Part shown: piece after piece, positions 30,861 through 41,829 of the stretch
Numbering within the stretch: position 1 is the first letter of the stretch
Layout: every line of letters starts with the position of its first letter
Assembly (NCBI GenBank): GCA_963755715.1
Contig: CAVWLW010000009.1
Location: forward strand, 17,347 to 81,346
Length of the DNA: 64,000 bases
Source of the DNA: an uncultured delta proteobacterium
Lineage (GTDB): Bacteria > Desulfobacterota > Binatia > UBA9968
Direction of reading: 5' to 3'
Translations under genes and position numbers: made by a program
The notes under the pieces: generated by a model
What the model was told of the DNA's origin: nothing
The model's database searches: none
What the model saw: the letters and a program-made list of their open reading frames with translations, nothing else

Positions 30861-31853
30861 TCATTGCAGCTTGGCGAAAAAACCCTTGCGGTCTAGCTCA
30901 GCAATGACGCTGCTGTCCATAAATTCCGAAGACCTTTTTATTTTTGAAAAGCGCATCGGTGAACGCGATGCTTTCCAGTTCAAGCTGCACCGCCTCTTCG
31001 CGCGGATACGGTTTGCTCGGCATTCGACCCAACGAAGCGTCATAAATAACATCAAGCCGCTTGCGGTCTGTGACCTTCATCTGTTTGGCAATCACTTTTA
31101 CGAGTTAAGTCTTTATTTCTCTTTCCGAGCGCGATGGCTTCGCCGCTCGCCATAAAAAACGCGCGCAACAAGTCCGGGCGAATTCTTCATCATATCGGTC
31201 CGCGTCGATAAATCGCCGACGGTGTTGTAGATCTTCATGTCTTCCAGATCGGCGAAAATCTCTATTTTCACTTTCGCCTGAGTCTCCGCCGCTAAAATAC
31301 TTTCCGGACTGCCGATCGTGCCATCCATGCGTCCTTGCAGCATCAGCATGATTCGCTTGTCCGCTTCGCCGATGCCGGTGGCGAGAATCTTCACGTCCTT
31401 GTCCGGCGTCCAGCCAAGCTTGGACAACGCGCGTCGTAGGGCAAAATCGGTGGTGCTGCCAATTCTACTCGTACCTACGACTTTGCCGCGGAGATCGGTC
31501 ACGCCGGGATTGGCGACTAATTTATAAGTCGTGCTGCCGAAGCTGCCGACGATCACCACCGGCAAGCCGCGGCCCGCGGCGACAATGGTCGCCGAACCCG
31601 AGCCGCTGACAATATCGACCTCGCCGCTCACCAATGCGCTGATCGCAGTGTTCCCCGAGGGAATATTGATCAGCTTGGCGTCGAGGCCATACTTTTCGTA
31701 GAGCTTGGCTTCTTCAGCGATCCAGAGTGGCAAGCGAATACCCGAAGTCGTCGCATAGGCGATCTTGATGGGAACAACTTGGCTTTCGCCCACTGCGACA
31801 AACGCCGCGAGCGCAACGAGAACAAGGACAAATAGCTGCGCGCGCATTTTCAT
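30861..31853 (-). CDS. NMT1/SsuA-like substrate-binding protein (frameshifted at ~31170)
   Basis: Signal peptide; LPLWIAEEAKLYEKYGLD, ALVSGEVD, DLRGKVVG; C-terminal SKPYP and ELDRKGFF in other frames. Confidence 0.85.
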
Positions 31854-32882
31854 GATTTCCAGTCCGAAGCGTTGCTGATCTGCTCGATACCGCCGAGGAG
31901 CTCATGTCCCGGTTGGCGCGACCACACGGAAACGAGTTGAGCAGCGTGCTCGCCGTCGTTGACATGTTGATGCACGATCATCGGCGGCACACAAATCAAA
32001 TCTCCTTCCTCCCACGGATGCTGGGTGCCTTCGTGCAAGATCGTAGCCGCGGCCTTTGACCACCAACAAAAGTTCCTCGAAAATATGGCGATGCTCGCCG
32101 CTACACTCTCCGGGGCAATTTCCTGCGCCATCAAGTCAACGCCGCTCGCGGCCACTTCGGCCCATCGGCTGATGTAGAATTTAAGTTTTCCCTGCCGGGT
32201 CATTTCCCACGAGCAGTCCGCGTCGCGGATCACGCGCGGATTTTCTCGCTCGAATCGATTTTCGTCGGCGAGCCTGGATAAAAACCAGTCGTAGCGCGTT
32301 TTACCGGCCGTGGAGCGTGCGAACTTGCCGTCGTGACTTGAAACAGCGCGCGCTATCTTTTGCTCTGATGCCGACTCGTTTCAGATCTTTCACCGTTAGA
32401 CATGGGATCCCGCCACAAAAGCCCTTGCCCATGCCAGAGCCTGATCTGCGGCAGCCAGGCGCGAAAGCCTTGTGGCGAATCGCGATAAATTGGTACGTCG
32501 TATACGGCGGAATGATAACCACGTCTCCGGCCGCAAAGGAAACTCTAAGACCATTCTGAACGGACTCGCCGCTCCCCTCGATAATATAAGCGATCAGTGA
32601 GGGCAGCATGCGCCGTGGCTCGGTCCGCGCTCCAGCTCGCAGGTCGAGAAAACCGCAGGTCAACATGCTCAGCGGAGCCACGGTGTAACGACTGAAAACG
32701 CGCATGTCTCCGAGCGCAAACTCGCCCTTGGCGAACATCGCGGGCTTGATCACGCGCGGCAGGATATTGATCCGCTCTTGCTCGCGCTTTTGTTTAACGA
32801 AGCGCGCTTCGTAATCGTAGTAATGCTCTGCTGTGATCCCGGCTTGGCTGCCTTCGTCTGCTTTCCGATTTTTCTGCGCCAT
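31850..32882 (-). CDS. Bicupin protein (several frameshifts); N-terminal cupin lacks His ligands
   Basis: YIIEGSG...GDVVIIPPYTTYQF; reconstructed SGEHRHIFEELLLVVKGRG...WEEGDLICVPPMIVHQHVN. Confidence 0.75.
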
Positions 32883-32887
32883 TCTCG

Positions 32888-34036
32888 CTAATCTTGTCCG
32901 CGCTGCGTATCCGAGTATTCCGGCGCGTCTTCCAATTGTTCGATCCCGCCTAGTCCGAGCGCCACGCCGGCGCTCGGCATCGACGACAACAGCAAGGCTG
33001 GAAGGTCAGGATCGGCATTGAAATGTTGATGTTCCGCCATCGCAGGGATGCTGACCAGATCTCCCGTTTCCCAATCCCAGCGCGTACCATCGTGAACGTC
33101 GTTGCCGCGCCCTTTGATGACGAGCACTTGCTCCTCCGTCATATGCCGGTGTTTGCCGGATCGGCTGCCAGGTGGAATCTCCTGCATGTAGAGCCAGACT
33201 CGCCGCGCCGCGCTGTTGATCTCGGGGTGGGTGAACCATTTCAGCCGTCCCTGCGCGCACCATTCCCACGGTTGCTCTTCGTAAGCGATCACGTGCGTCA
33301 CGGTGTTGCAGAAAACACTCTCGTCGTGAAATAGCTTCAAATAGCGATCGTAGGTATTTTCGACTGACCCATTCCAGGAAGTCGCTTCCTTGCGCGCGCG
33401 AAAGACGCCTTCGGTTTTCTGATCGGCGCCGAGCATCACGTCGATATCTTCTTTGATCCCCAGCACGCCTTTTTTAATCCGGTAGCCGATCAATTTTCCC
33501 TGTTCGTCGTGAAGCGGCTCAGTTCCTTTGGGAAATGTCGGGTTGTCGCCGAATTTGATTTGCTCGCGCTTGGTTAAACCCATCAGGCTGAACAATCGGC
33601 TTTGCGGCACGAAGATCTGGCAACCGGCATCTTCGTCGCCGCCATGCTGGTGAATCGTGAACGGCGGAACCACCAGCATATCGTAGGTGGCGAACGAATA
33701 AGTCTTGCCGTCGTTGATTTCCCAGCCTCGGCCGCTGAGACAGAACAAGGTCGGCGCGCTAATATGGCGGTGCGCGCCGCGCGACGGCGCATGGGGTTGA
33801 ATATCCGAGAAGTGAGACGTGAGATCGTACACCGGCGCGCGCTTGAGAATATCGTAACAAACGATATCGCCGGTCTGATGCGGGCTGCTGCTGCCCATCA
33901 CCGTCCCCTGCACGGGAAGCAGCTTGACCACGCGCGGCAATTGTTCTTTGATCGATTCTTCGTGCCGTTGATGCGCCAACGGATCGCTGGCTTCAAGACT
34001 CCCTTCCGCCTCCCAGGGCCATCGTTCTTCCATCAT
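32888..34036 (-). CDS. Bicupin protein, gentisate 1,2-dioxygenase-like
   Basis: HRHISAP...VPPFTIHQH and KHRHMTEE...WETGDLVSIPAMAEHQHFN. Confidence 0.85.
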   Translation of the reverse strand: MMEERWPWEAEGSLEASDPLAHQRHEESIKEQLPRVVKLLPVQGTVMGSSSPHQTGDIVCYDILKRAPVYDLTSHFSDIQPHAPSRGAHRHISAPTLFCLSGRGWEINDGKTYSFATYDMLVVPPFTIHQHGGDEDAGCQIFVPQSRLFSLMGLTKREQIKFGDNPTFPKGTEPLHDEQGKLIGYRIKKGVLGIKEDIDVMLGADQKTEGVFRARKEATSWNGSVENTYDRYLKLFHDESVFCNTVTHVIAYEEQPWEWCAQGRLKWFTHPEINSAARRVWLYMQEIPPGSRSGKHRHMTEEQVLVIKGRGNDVHDGTRWDWETGDLVSIPAMAEHQHFNADPDLPALLLSSMPSAGVALGLGGIEQLEDAPEYSDTQRGQD

Positions 34037-34108
34037 CGAACCTCGTTTTTCTCTATGAACTTGCCCATGACATCCGCCCAATGAAAGTCTCTATACCGTA
34101 TCTCACAG

Positions 34109-34180
34109 TGTCATTCTGAGGCGAAGCCGAAGAATCTCGCCCTTTTTCAACAAGATCCTTCGCTGGCGCTCAGGATGACA
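34109..34180. repeat. TGTCAT/ATGACA-type REP-like inverted pair
   Basis: tgtcattctgaggcgaagccgaagaatct ... agatccttcgctggcgctcaggatgaca. Confidence 0.78.
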
Positions 34181-34237
34181 CACGAATATGCGAACCACCC
34201 TGAGTTACGCGACTGATGGCCGTCTGCCTCCATTGGA

Positions 34238-35233
34238 CTATTTCTTATACAGTCCGTCGATAAAACCCTGCTTATCGAGTTTCTCGATCACCTTCGTCTG
34301 AATGAACTGAGCCGGACTCGCCTTCCGCGCATCCAATCGCTTCGACCAGTCGAGAATCGTTTGAATGCCCTTCGCGGAGGGATACGGTTTCTCCGCGAGC
34401 AACTTCACGTAGAAACTATAGGCCTCTTGCAGTTCCTCAGTGTTTTCTAGTTTCATATACTTCTTCATAATCATCGGGGCTTTGATTTTTTCGGTCTTAT
34501 AGAAATGAATCCCTTCGATCACCGACTTGATCACCATTTCCGTGGCGAATGGTTCCGCGTCGTAGAACCTGCGGCTCGTCGTCAGCGCGGCGTTAGGCAG
34601 TTCCGAATCTCTCATTCCGGGAAGATCTTCGAAAAAATTGTAACCCGCCCGACGCGCCGCGAAAGTAAACGGCGGTGCCAACGTCGTCGCATCCACCTGA
34701 CTTAATTGCAATGCGCCGAACCGGCTGGACGAAGGACCCACGGCGAGATAGCTCACGTCCCGTTCAGGGTCAAGTCCGGATGCCGCAAGAATCATTTTCA
34801 GTGACAACATCGCAGGACCAATTAAACTGTTGACTGCGAGTTTTTTTCCTTTGAGTTGAGCGAGGTCTTTAATCTCCCGCCTTGTCACGAGCACTTGAGG
34901 CTCTTGATTGATCGGACTGGCGACGATGAAGATATCCGCGCCGCCGAGCACGGCGTCAACGACACCGCCGCCGCCGGCATTGATAAAGTTGACATCGTTG
35001 CTCACCAGCGCCTGCGTGGCGACCACGCCGCCGCGCATATAGACCAACTGCGCATTGATGCCGTTCTTTTTGAAAAACCCCGCTTCCTTCGCAATCCAAA
35101 CCGGCGCGTACTGTGGCGAAATCGAAGTGTAGGCAATCGTGACGTTGGCAAGCTTCTCTTGGGCGGCGAAGACTGCGTCACCCGAAAGCCAACTAAGGAA
35201 GAGGAGCGCAATGCAAGAGCCGAGTTTCGACAA
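34238..35233 (-). CDS. NMT1/SsuA-like substrate-binding protein
   Basis: PVWIAKEAGFFKKNGIN, LKGKKLAV, EKPYPS, KLDKQGFIDGLY. Confidence 0.9.
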   Translation of the reverse strand: MSKLGSCIALLFLSWLSGDAVFAAQEKLANVTIAYTSISPQYAPVWIAKEAGFFKKNGINAQLVYMRGGVVATQALVSNDVNFINAGGGGVVDAVLGGADIFIVASPINQEPQVLVTRREIKDLAQLKGKKLAVNSLIGPAMLSLKMILAASGLDPERDVSYLAVGPSSSRFGALQLSQVDATTLAPPFTFAARRAGYNFFEDLPGMRDSELPNAALTTSRRFYDAEPFATEMVIKSVIEGIHFYKTEKIKAPMIMKKYMKLENTEELQEAYSFYVKLLAEKPYPSAKGIQTILDWSKRLDARKASPAQFIQTKVIEKLDKQGFIDGLYKK

Positions 35234-35247
35234 GATGTTGCTCCAGC

Positions 35248-36128
35248 CTATGAAGACCGCTTGGACTCGACCCGTCGTAAACCTTCCGCGATCGCCCGAC
35301 GCAGGATCGCACTCAGCGCCTTTTTTTTGTACGCGGCTGAGCCGCGCAGATCCTCGATCGGCTCAGCGCCTTCTTGAATCACGTGGCCGGCTTGCTCGAT
35401 CAGCTCTGAAGTAATTTTCTTCCCACGCAGCAAAGCTTCAACCGGGACGCCTTTCGTCGGCGTCGAATGAGCGCCGGTGACACCGATGCCGATTTCATTA
35501 CAGACGGCGTTCGCATCGAGACTCAACTGCACGGCAGCACTGGCGATCGCAAAATCGCCCGCCACTTTTTCGAGCTTCTGATAGACGCCCGCGCTGCTTT
35601 TATCAGGCAACGGAAACACAATCTCGGTTAGAATTTCGTCGGGTTCCATCGTGGTAGTATAAGCGAAGGTAAAAAACTCATCGGCCGGGATGACACGCTC
35701 GCCGCGCGCGCCGGCGCATTTCAACTGAGCATTTAGCGCCAGCACAACCGCGCCGTAATCCCCGCCGGATCGGCCTCCGCCAAGCCGCCGCCGATGGTGC
35801 CCCGGTTACGTACTTGCGCGTCGCCGATCTCGCTTGCTGCTTCACGGAGAATCGGCAACCTATCGCCGATCAGGCGGGATTCCTCGATCTGCACGTGACG
35901 CGTCATCGCGCCGAAGCGAACCGTGCCCGCTTCTTCTCGAATATAATTCAGATCCGCGATCCGATGGATGTCGATCAGATATTTGGGCCGGGCGACGCGT
36001 AGCTTCATCATCGGCACCAAACTCTGGCCGCCGGCGAGAAGTTTGGCGTCATCACCGTATTGGCGCAAGAACTCGATCGCTTCGCCGATTCCTTTTGGCG
36101 CGAGATATTCAAAAGCCACTGGATACAT
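35248..36128 (-). CDS. Xanthine dehydrogenase family FAD-binding (medium) subunit, CoxM/CutM-like (frameshift at ~35760)
   Basis: FEYLAP, AKLLAGGQSLVPMMKLR, QVRNRGTIGG, DLRGSAAYK. Confidence 0.9.
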
Positions 36129-36138
36129 GTTTTTCAGA

Positions 36139-37161
36139 TTACCTCTTGCTATATTCGTAGCGCATCGGGTCCCACTTGCTGGCGCGAATATCGTCGTAAG
36201 CTTTTTTCACGAAGCTGAAATCGTAGACCTGATCAAGGGTCACCGGCCCTTTGATCCGGCTGGTCGCTCCGACGGCGCGCATTTGCTCGCGCACCCGTTC
36301 GATATTGGTCGTCATCACCTCTTCGCTGGCGCGGCCGACCTGCGCGAGATCGGAAGCCTGTTTATCGCGCTCGCGCCAGATCTCTTTGGCTTCGTTCAAG
36401 TCATTGATGCGCAGCACTTCCATAATAAACTTCGCCGACTCATTGGCGTTGCGATGATAAAAGAGTTGGCCCTTGAGCGTCGCTTTGACCACCCGATACA
36501 CCTCATCCGGCGAGTTTTTGATTTTGTCGTCGTTGGTTTCGAGGTTAGCGCTGAGCGCCGAGACATAATCGCCGCTGTAGGCGAGGATGCGAAAGCCCTT
36601 CGATTGGGCGATGCGTGCGTTGCCGATCGTGATCATGGTGGCGTCCACCGTCCCGGCCAGGAGCGCGCCGAAGCGAACCGACGGTTCACCGAGCGCGCGC
36701 ATTTGCACCGTATCGACGGCCACGCCATTTTTGCTGAGCAGCTCACGAAACAGCAGCGTCGAATTGCCCGACGAGTCGGAGATCGCCACGGTCTTGCCGT
36801 TCAACTGCTTGATATTCGTGATCTTGGGCGACACGACAAGATACTGTGACGGCTTGTCGGTGCTGACCTGGAGAATTTTCATGCGCGCGCCGCCGAGGAT
36901 CGCCGGAATCGACCCTCCGTTGCCGTAATCGACGGCGCCGCTAACGACAACCTGGGTCGTCACGGTGCCGCGGGTGACGATCACATCGACATCAAAACCT
37001 TCTTCCCGGTAGAAACCCAATCGTTGCGAAATCGTATAAGGAACCAGCGATTCACCCGGGGCTTTCGACGCGATGCGAATTTTCTTCAGCGTCTGCGCGT
37101 CGACGAGCTGAGATGCCGCACAAACAATTAACGCTGTCGCCAAAATTAATTTTGCTAGCAT
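36139..37161 (-). CDS. NMT1/SsuA-like substrate-binding protein
   Basis: Signal peptide; GFYREEGFDVD, VVSGAVDY, LNGKTVAI. Confidence 0.88.
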   Translation of the reverse strand: MLAKLILATALIVCAASQLVDAQTLKKIRIASKAPGESLVPYTISQRLGFYREEGFDVDVIVTRGTVTTQVVVSGAVDYGNGGSIPAILGGARMKILQVSTDKPSQYLVVSPKITNIKQLNGKTVAISDSSGNSTLLFRELLSKNGVAVDTVQMRALGEPSVRFGALLAGTVDATMITIGNARIAQSKGFRILAYSGDYVSALSANLETNDDKIKNSPDEVYRVVKATLKGQLFYHRNANESAKFIMEVLRINDLNEAKEIWRERDKQASDLAQVGRASEEVMTTNIERVREQMRAVGATSRIKGPVTLDQVYDFSFVKKAYDDIRASKWDPMRYEYSKR

Positions 37162-37182
37162 AATGAAGCTACCGTCATTAGC

Positions 37183-38205
37183 TCACCGCTTGGCGTATTC
37201 ATAGCGCAGCGGATCCCACTTGCTCGCTTGGATCTCGTCATAGGCTTTCTTGACAAAACTAAAGTCGTAAACCTGATCCAGGGTAATTTTTTCTCTAAGC
37301 CGCGCCGCGGCGCCGACCATTTTCATCTGATCGCGCACACGCTCGATGTTGGTCATGAGCGCGTCCTCCGAGGCCCGGCCCACCTGCGCCAACTCGGATG
37401 CCTGCTTGGTGCGCTCGCTCCAAACTTCCTTGGCGTCGTCCAGATTGGACAGACCGGCGACTTCCATGATGAACTTGACCGCCTCCTTAGGATTGCGATG
37501 AAAAAACAGCTGGCCCTTTAAAGTCGCCTTGACCACGCGATAAACCTCGCTGGGCGAGTTTTGAATTTTATCATCGGTGGTTTCCAGGTTGGCGCTCAGC
37601 GACGAGACATGGTCACCGCTGTAAGCGAGAATGCGAAATCCCTTGGTTTGCGCCTGCTTGGCGATCGCGTAGGAAAGCATGGTCGCGTCCACCGCGCCGC
37701 TCAAGAGCGCGCCGTAGCGCACCGCTTGCTCGCCCAACGGGCGCATCTGCAAGTTATCGATTGCCACGCCATTTTTGCTCAGCATCTCGCGCATCAGCAG
37801 TGTTGAATTGCCCGACGCGTCGGAAACGGCGATGCTCTTGCCCGCCAGTTGCTTCATGTTGGTGATCTTCGCTGAAGTGACCAAATGCTGCGCCGGCTTG
37901 TCGGTGTTGATCTGCAAGATTTTCAGCCGCGCGCCGGCAAGCATCGCCGGGATCGATCCGCCGTTGCTATAATCCACCGCGCCGCTCACAACGACCTGCG
38001 TCGTCACCGTCCCGCGCGTCACGATCGCGTCGACATCCAACCCTTCTTCTCTATAGAAACCCAACCGCTGCGAAATCACGTAAGGCAGCAATGATTCGCC
38101 CGCCCCTTTTGATGCGATACGAATCTTCTTGAGCGCTTCGGCGCCGAACGCCTGCGCGGTCGCCAGCTCAAGCAAGAGAGCGAGTATGATTAGACGATGC
38201 CACAT
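37183..38205 (-). CDS. NMT1/SsuA-like substrate-binding protein (tandem paralog of 36139..37161)
   Basis: Same length (340 aa) and long shared blocks, e.g. VTRGTVTTQVVVSGAVDY, VYRVVKATLKGQLF, TLDQVYDFSFVKKAYD. Confidence 0.88.
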   Translation of the reverse strand: MWHRLIILALLLELATAQAFGAEALKKIRIASKGAGESLLPYVISQRLGFYREEGLDVDAIVTRGTVTTQVVVSGAVDYSNGGSIPAMLAGARLKILQINTDKPAQHLVTSAKITNMKQLAGKSIAVSDASGNSTLLMREMLSKNGVAIDNLQMRPLGEQAVRYGALLSGAVDATMLSYAIAKQAQTKGFRILAYSGDHVSSLSANLETTDDKIQNSPSEVYRVVKATLKGQLFFHRNPKEAVKFIMEVAGLSNLDDAKEVWSERTKQASELAQVGRASEDALMTNIERVRDQMKMVGAAARLREKITLDQVYDFSFVKKAYDEIQASKWDPLRYEYAKR

Positions 38206-38262
38206 GACCGTTCCACCGAATCGCCTGAGCCGTGCCGATGCGAACCGAGAATACCTACGCGA

Positions 38263-38931
38263 TCAAGTAACACGCGGTCCCGCGAAGATCCGCCCCATGT
38301 TATCTCTCGCGCCTTCGTAAATATCGTCGCCGTGGCCGACCAACAATCGTTCCAGATCCAAATTCATCGCGATCAAGCGGCGCACCGACTCGGCCGCCGC
38401 CTCTGGATCGGACGACAAATAAGTCGGCGAAACCACCAGATGCTCGCCCGCGCTGACGATGGCGTCGCCGGCGATCATGGTTTTGATCCGCGGCAGATGC
38501 AGACTGATGTGCCCGGGCGTATGCCCGGGAGTATGAATCACGTTGATGCCGCCGCAGTCGGGCAGACGCTCGCCGCCTTTGACCACATGTTCGACATCAT
38601 AGCCGCTCGCTTTCTGGATCGCCGGCATATCGAGCTCATGGGCCATCACTTCGAACTTGAGGGTCTTTTTGAGCTTCTTCAGGCCGCCGGTGTGATCGCC
38701 GTGGCGATGGGTGAGCACGCAGAGTTTCAAGTCCGCATGGTTGTGACCCATGTCTTTAATCGCATCCATGATGATGTCCGCATCGGCGTCCGACGCGCCG
38801 GTGTCGACCAGAATCACGCGGTTTTCGCCTGCGACCAGGAAAGATTTGACGACGCCGCGGTTGTTCATGGCGACTCGACACGGGACAATCTTGATGCCGT
38901 CGATCGGAATATCTTTGAGAATGCTGACCAT
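38263..38931 (-). CDS. MBL-fold metallo-hydrolase
   Basis: LVDTG, THRHGDHTGG, HTPGHTPGH, AGDA, VGHG. Confidence 0.9.
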   Translation of the reverse strand: MVSILKDIPIDGIKIVPCRVAMNNRGVVKSFLVAGENRVILVDTGASDADADIIMDAIKDMGHNHADLKLCVLTHRHGDHTGGLKKLKKTLKFEVMAHELDMPAIQKASGYDVEHVVKGGERLPDCGGINVIHTPGHTPGHISLHLPRIKTMIAGDAIVSAGEHLVVSPTYLSSDPEAAAESVRRLIAMNLDLERLLVGHGDDIYEGARDNMGRIFAGPRVT

Positions 38932-38940
38932 GATTGCCCC

Positions 38941-39412
38941 TCACTTGGTAAAATTCGTCGCCGCTTCTTTGATCGCCGCGACGATATTGCCGTAACCGGT
39001 GCAGCGGCAGAGATTGCCGGAAATCGCCTTCTTGATTTGCTCTTCAGTCGGCTTGCTTCCTTTGCTGAGCAACCCGTAAGCCGACATGAGCATGCCGGGC
39101 GTGCAGTAGCCGCACTCCACCGCGTCGTTTTTCCAAAATGCTTCCTGCAGCGGATGCAATCGTTTGTCCTGCGCCAAACCTTCGACGGTGACGATTTCGT
39201 CGCCGTCAGCTTGGACGGCGAAGACCATGCACGATTTCACCGCCGTGCCGTTCCACATCACGGTACACGCGCCGCAGCGGCCGACGACGCAGCCCAAATG
39301 GGTGCCGGTCAATCTCAAGCGTCGCGCAAAAAATGCGCCAAGTAGAGTTCTCGGCTCAGCTTCGCCCGAATACGATTTGCCATTGACGTGTTAAAGAAAT
39401 GGTTTTAAGCAT
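38941..39412 (-). CDS. (2Fe-2S)-binding small subunit, CoxS-like (5' frameshifts)
   Basis: GTHLGCVVGRCGACTV, ECGYCTPG, GNLCRCTGY. Confidence 0.88.
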
Positions 39413-41786
39413 TGAGCCGATTTCGCCTGCGCTTTCTCGATAAGATCCAAAACTCTGTCCGGCGTGAGCGGCGTCTCGCGAACTCTTCACGCCGAAAGGG
39501 CTCAACGCGTCTTCCACCGCGCTGCACAGCGCCGGCGGCGGCCCAAGCATGCCGGTCTCGCCCGCGCCTTTCGCGCCCAACGGCGTAAATGGATTGGGCG
39601 TGACGATGTGCTCCAACGCCAACTCCGGCACTTCCTCCGCCGATGGCAAGCGATAGTCCATGAACGTTGATGACAAGAGCTGACCATCTTCGCTATAGCG
39701 CAGCTCTTCGTAAAGCGCCGCGCCGATACCTTGCATGATCGAGCCCTGCTGTTGGGTGTCGACGATCTGCGGATTGATCATGTTGCCGCAGTCGTGCACC
39801 GTGCAGTACCGGACGATCTTGATCATGCCGGTTTCGACATCGACATCGACCACCGCGATCACGCGCCGCATACGGATAACTCGAAAAGGTATTCATGCGC
39901 CCTTTGTCATCGGGCGTGTAATCGATATTGGGATTGATGAAATAGCCGGTGACTTCCAGACCGGGCTCCATATTTTCCGGCAGCAAGTGAATCGCGCCGT
40001 AGGCGGTGCGGACGATTTCCATCACCGCGATGGACTGCTCCTTGTTTTCCTTGGCGAAAACTTTGCCGTCGCCGATCTCGAGTTTTCCGGCGCGACGCTT
40101 CAATTGGCGTCGCGGCGATGCCGAGAATCTTGTCGCGCATCAATTTGCCCGCCACCCAAGCCGACGGCATCAAGACCACCGAAGAACGGCTGCTGCCGGT
40201 GCCGAAGCCATAGGGCGTCGGCAAAGTATCGCCGTGAATCACGGTGATCTTGTCGAAGGGAATGCCGGTTTGACTGGCGACGATCTGCGCGAGCGTCGTC
40301 TCGTGCCCCTGTCCCTGCTCGCCCATGCTGGAAAACACCGTCGCCGCGCCGGAGGGATCGATGCGCAAGCGGCACGACGCATAGCCGCCGGTCGCATGAA
40401 TGCGGCTTGAGCTCGTCGGCTCCATCACCAGAGCCACGCCGATGCCGCGATAGATTCCTTTTTTGCGCAACTCGGCTTGCTCTTTGCGCAGTTGATCATA
40501 CCCGGCGATCTCCGCGGTGCGTTTCATCGCCAGATGATACTGGCCGCTGTCGTAGAGCGCGCCGGTGGCGTTGCGATAAGGAAACGCGTCGGCGGGGATG
40601 AAATTTTTCATCCGAATGTCGATTGGGTCGATTTTCAACTGGCGCGCGGCGATGTCGACCAGCCGTTCGAGAATATACGACGCGTCGGCCTTGCCGATGC
40701 CGCGCAGGATCCATGCGTCGTCTTATTGGTGGAGATGCCGAGCGCGTCTACCTCATAGTTTTGAATTTGATAAACGCCGGTCATGTACAGCGCCGCGGCC
40801 TGAATCGAATGATCGACGGTGTAGGTCGAGCCCATATCGGCGATGATCTTGTCTCTGATGGCGAGCATCGTGCCGTCTTTCTTGAGCGCCATCTCGATGT
40901 AGTGAATCTGATCGCGCCCATGGCGGCCGTTGCGCATGTGCTCGACCCGCGTCTCGCACCATTTGATCGGCCGGCCGAACTGGAGCGAGAGATAGGGCAG
41001 CAGTAATTCTTCCTGATAAGTTTGAATTTTAACGCCGAAGGAGCCGCCGACGTCCGGCGCAATCACGCGGATTTTACCTTCGGGAAAACTTAGAATATCG
41101 GCGATGCGACCCCGCAGTGAATGCGGATTCGCCGTCGCCGACCACATGGTCAGGCTGTCTTCTTCTTTATTGTAAGAAGCCAGATACGCGCGCGGCTCGA
41201 TCGGGCATGCGGTGATACGGTGGCTGCGAATTCGTTCTTTGATGACGACGTCGGCGTCTTGAAAGACTTTGTCGATGCCGTCCGTGGCGAAATGGTATTT
41301 GTAGACGATATTGCTTCCGGCATCTTCATGAACCGGTTGCGCGCCCGGCTCCATCGCCGCTTCCGGATCGATGACCACCGGCAACAAATCATAATCCACC
41401 GAGATCATCTCGGCGGCGTCCTCCGCCAGATAACGATTGTCCGCCACCACGACCGCCAAAGGTTCACCGAAGTAGCGAATCTTATCGACAGCCAAAGGAT
41501 AAAGCTTCACGGGCCGCAGCACCGAGCTGCCGCCGACGCGCAAAGGCTTGACGTGCTGCTCGATGTCCTTGCCGGTAAACACAGCGTGCACACCGGGCAT
41601 CGCGCGCGCCGCTTCGACGTCGATCGATTTGATCTTGGCGTGAGCGCAGGAACTGCGCGCGAACGCGACCTGCAATGTCCCCGGCGGTAAAAGGTCGTCC
41701 ACGTAGCGACCGGTGCCGGTAATGAAGCGTTGGGTTTCTTTGCGGCGAACCCGTTCGCCGATAGGCGAATTGATCGAATATTCCAT
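39391..41786 (-). CDS. Xanthine dehydrogenase family molybdopterin-binding large subunit (several frameshifts)
   Basis: TGTGRYVDD, PDVGGSFGVK, reconstructed TNKTTHGSLRGIGKADA, YDSGQY, QGQGHETT, GTGSSRS, DCGNMINP, GAKGAGETG. Confidence 0.88.
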
Positions 41787-41829
41787 AAGAGTTTTCTGGG
41801 ATGCCTTGCTAGGGATGGTTATTTTCAGC

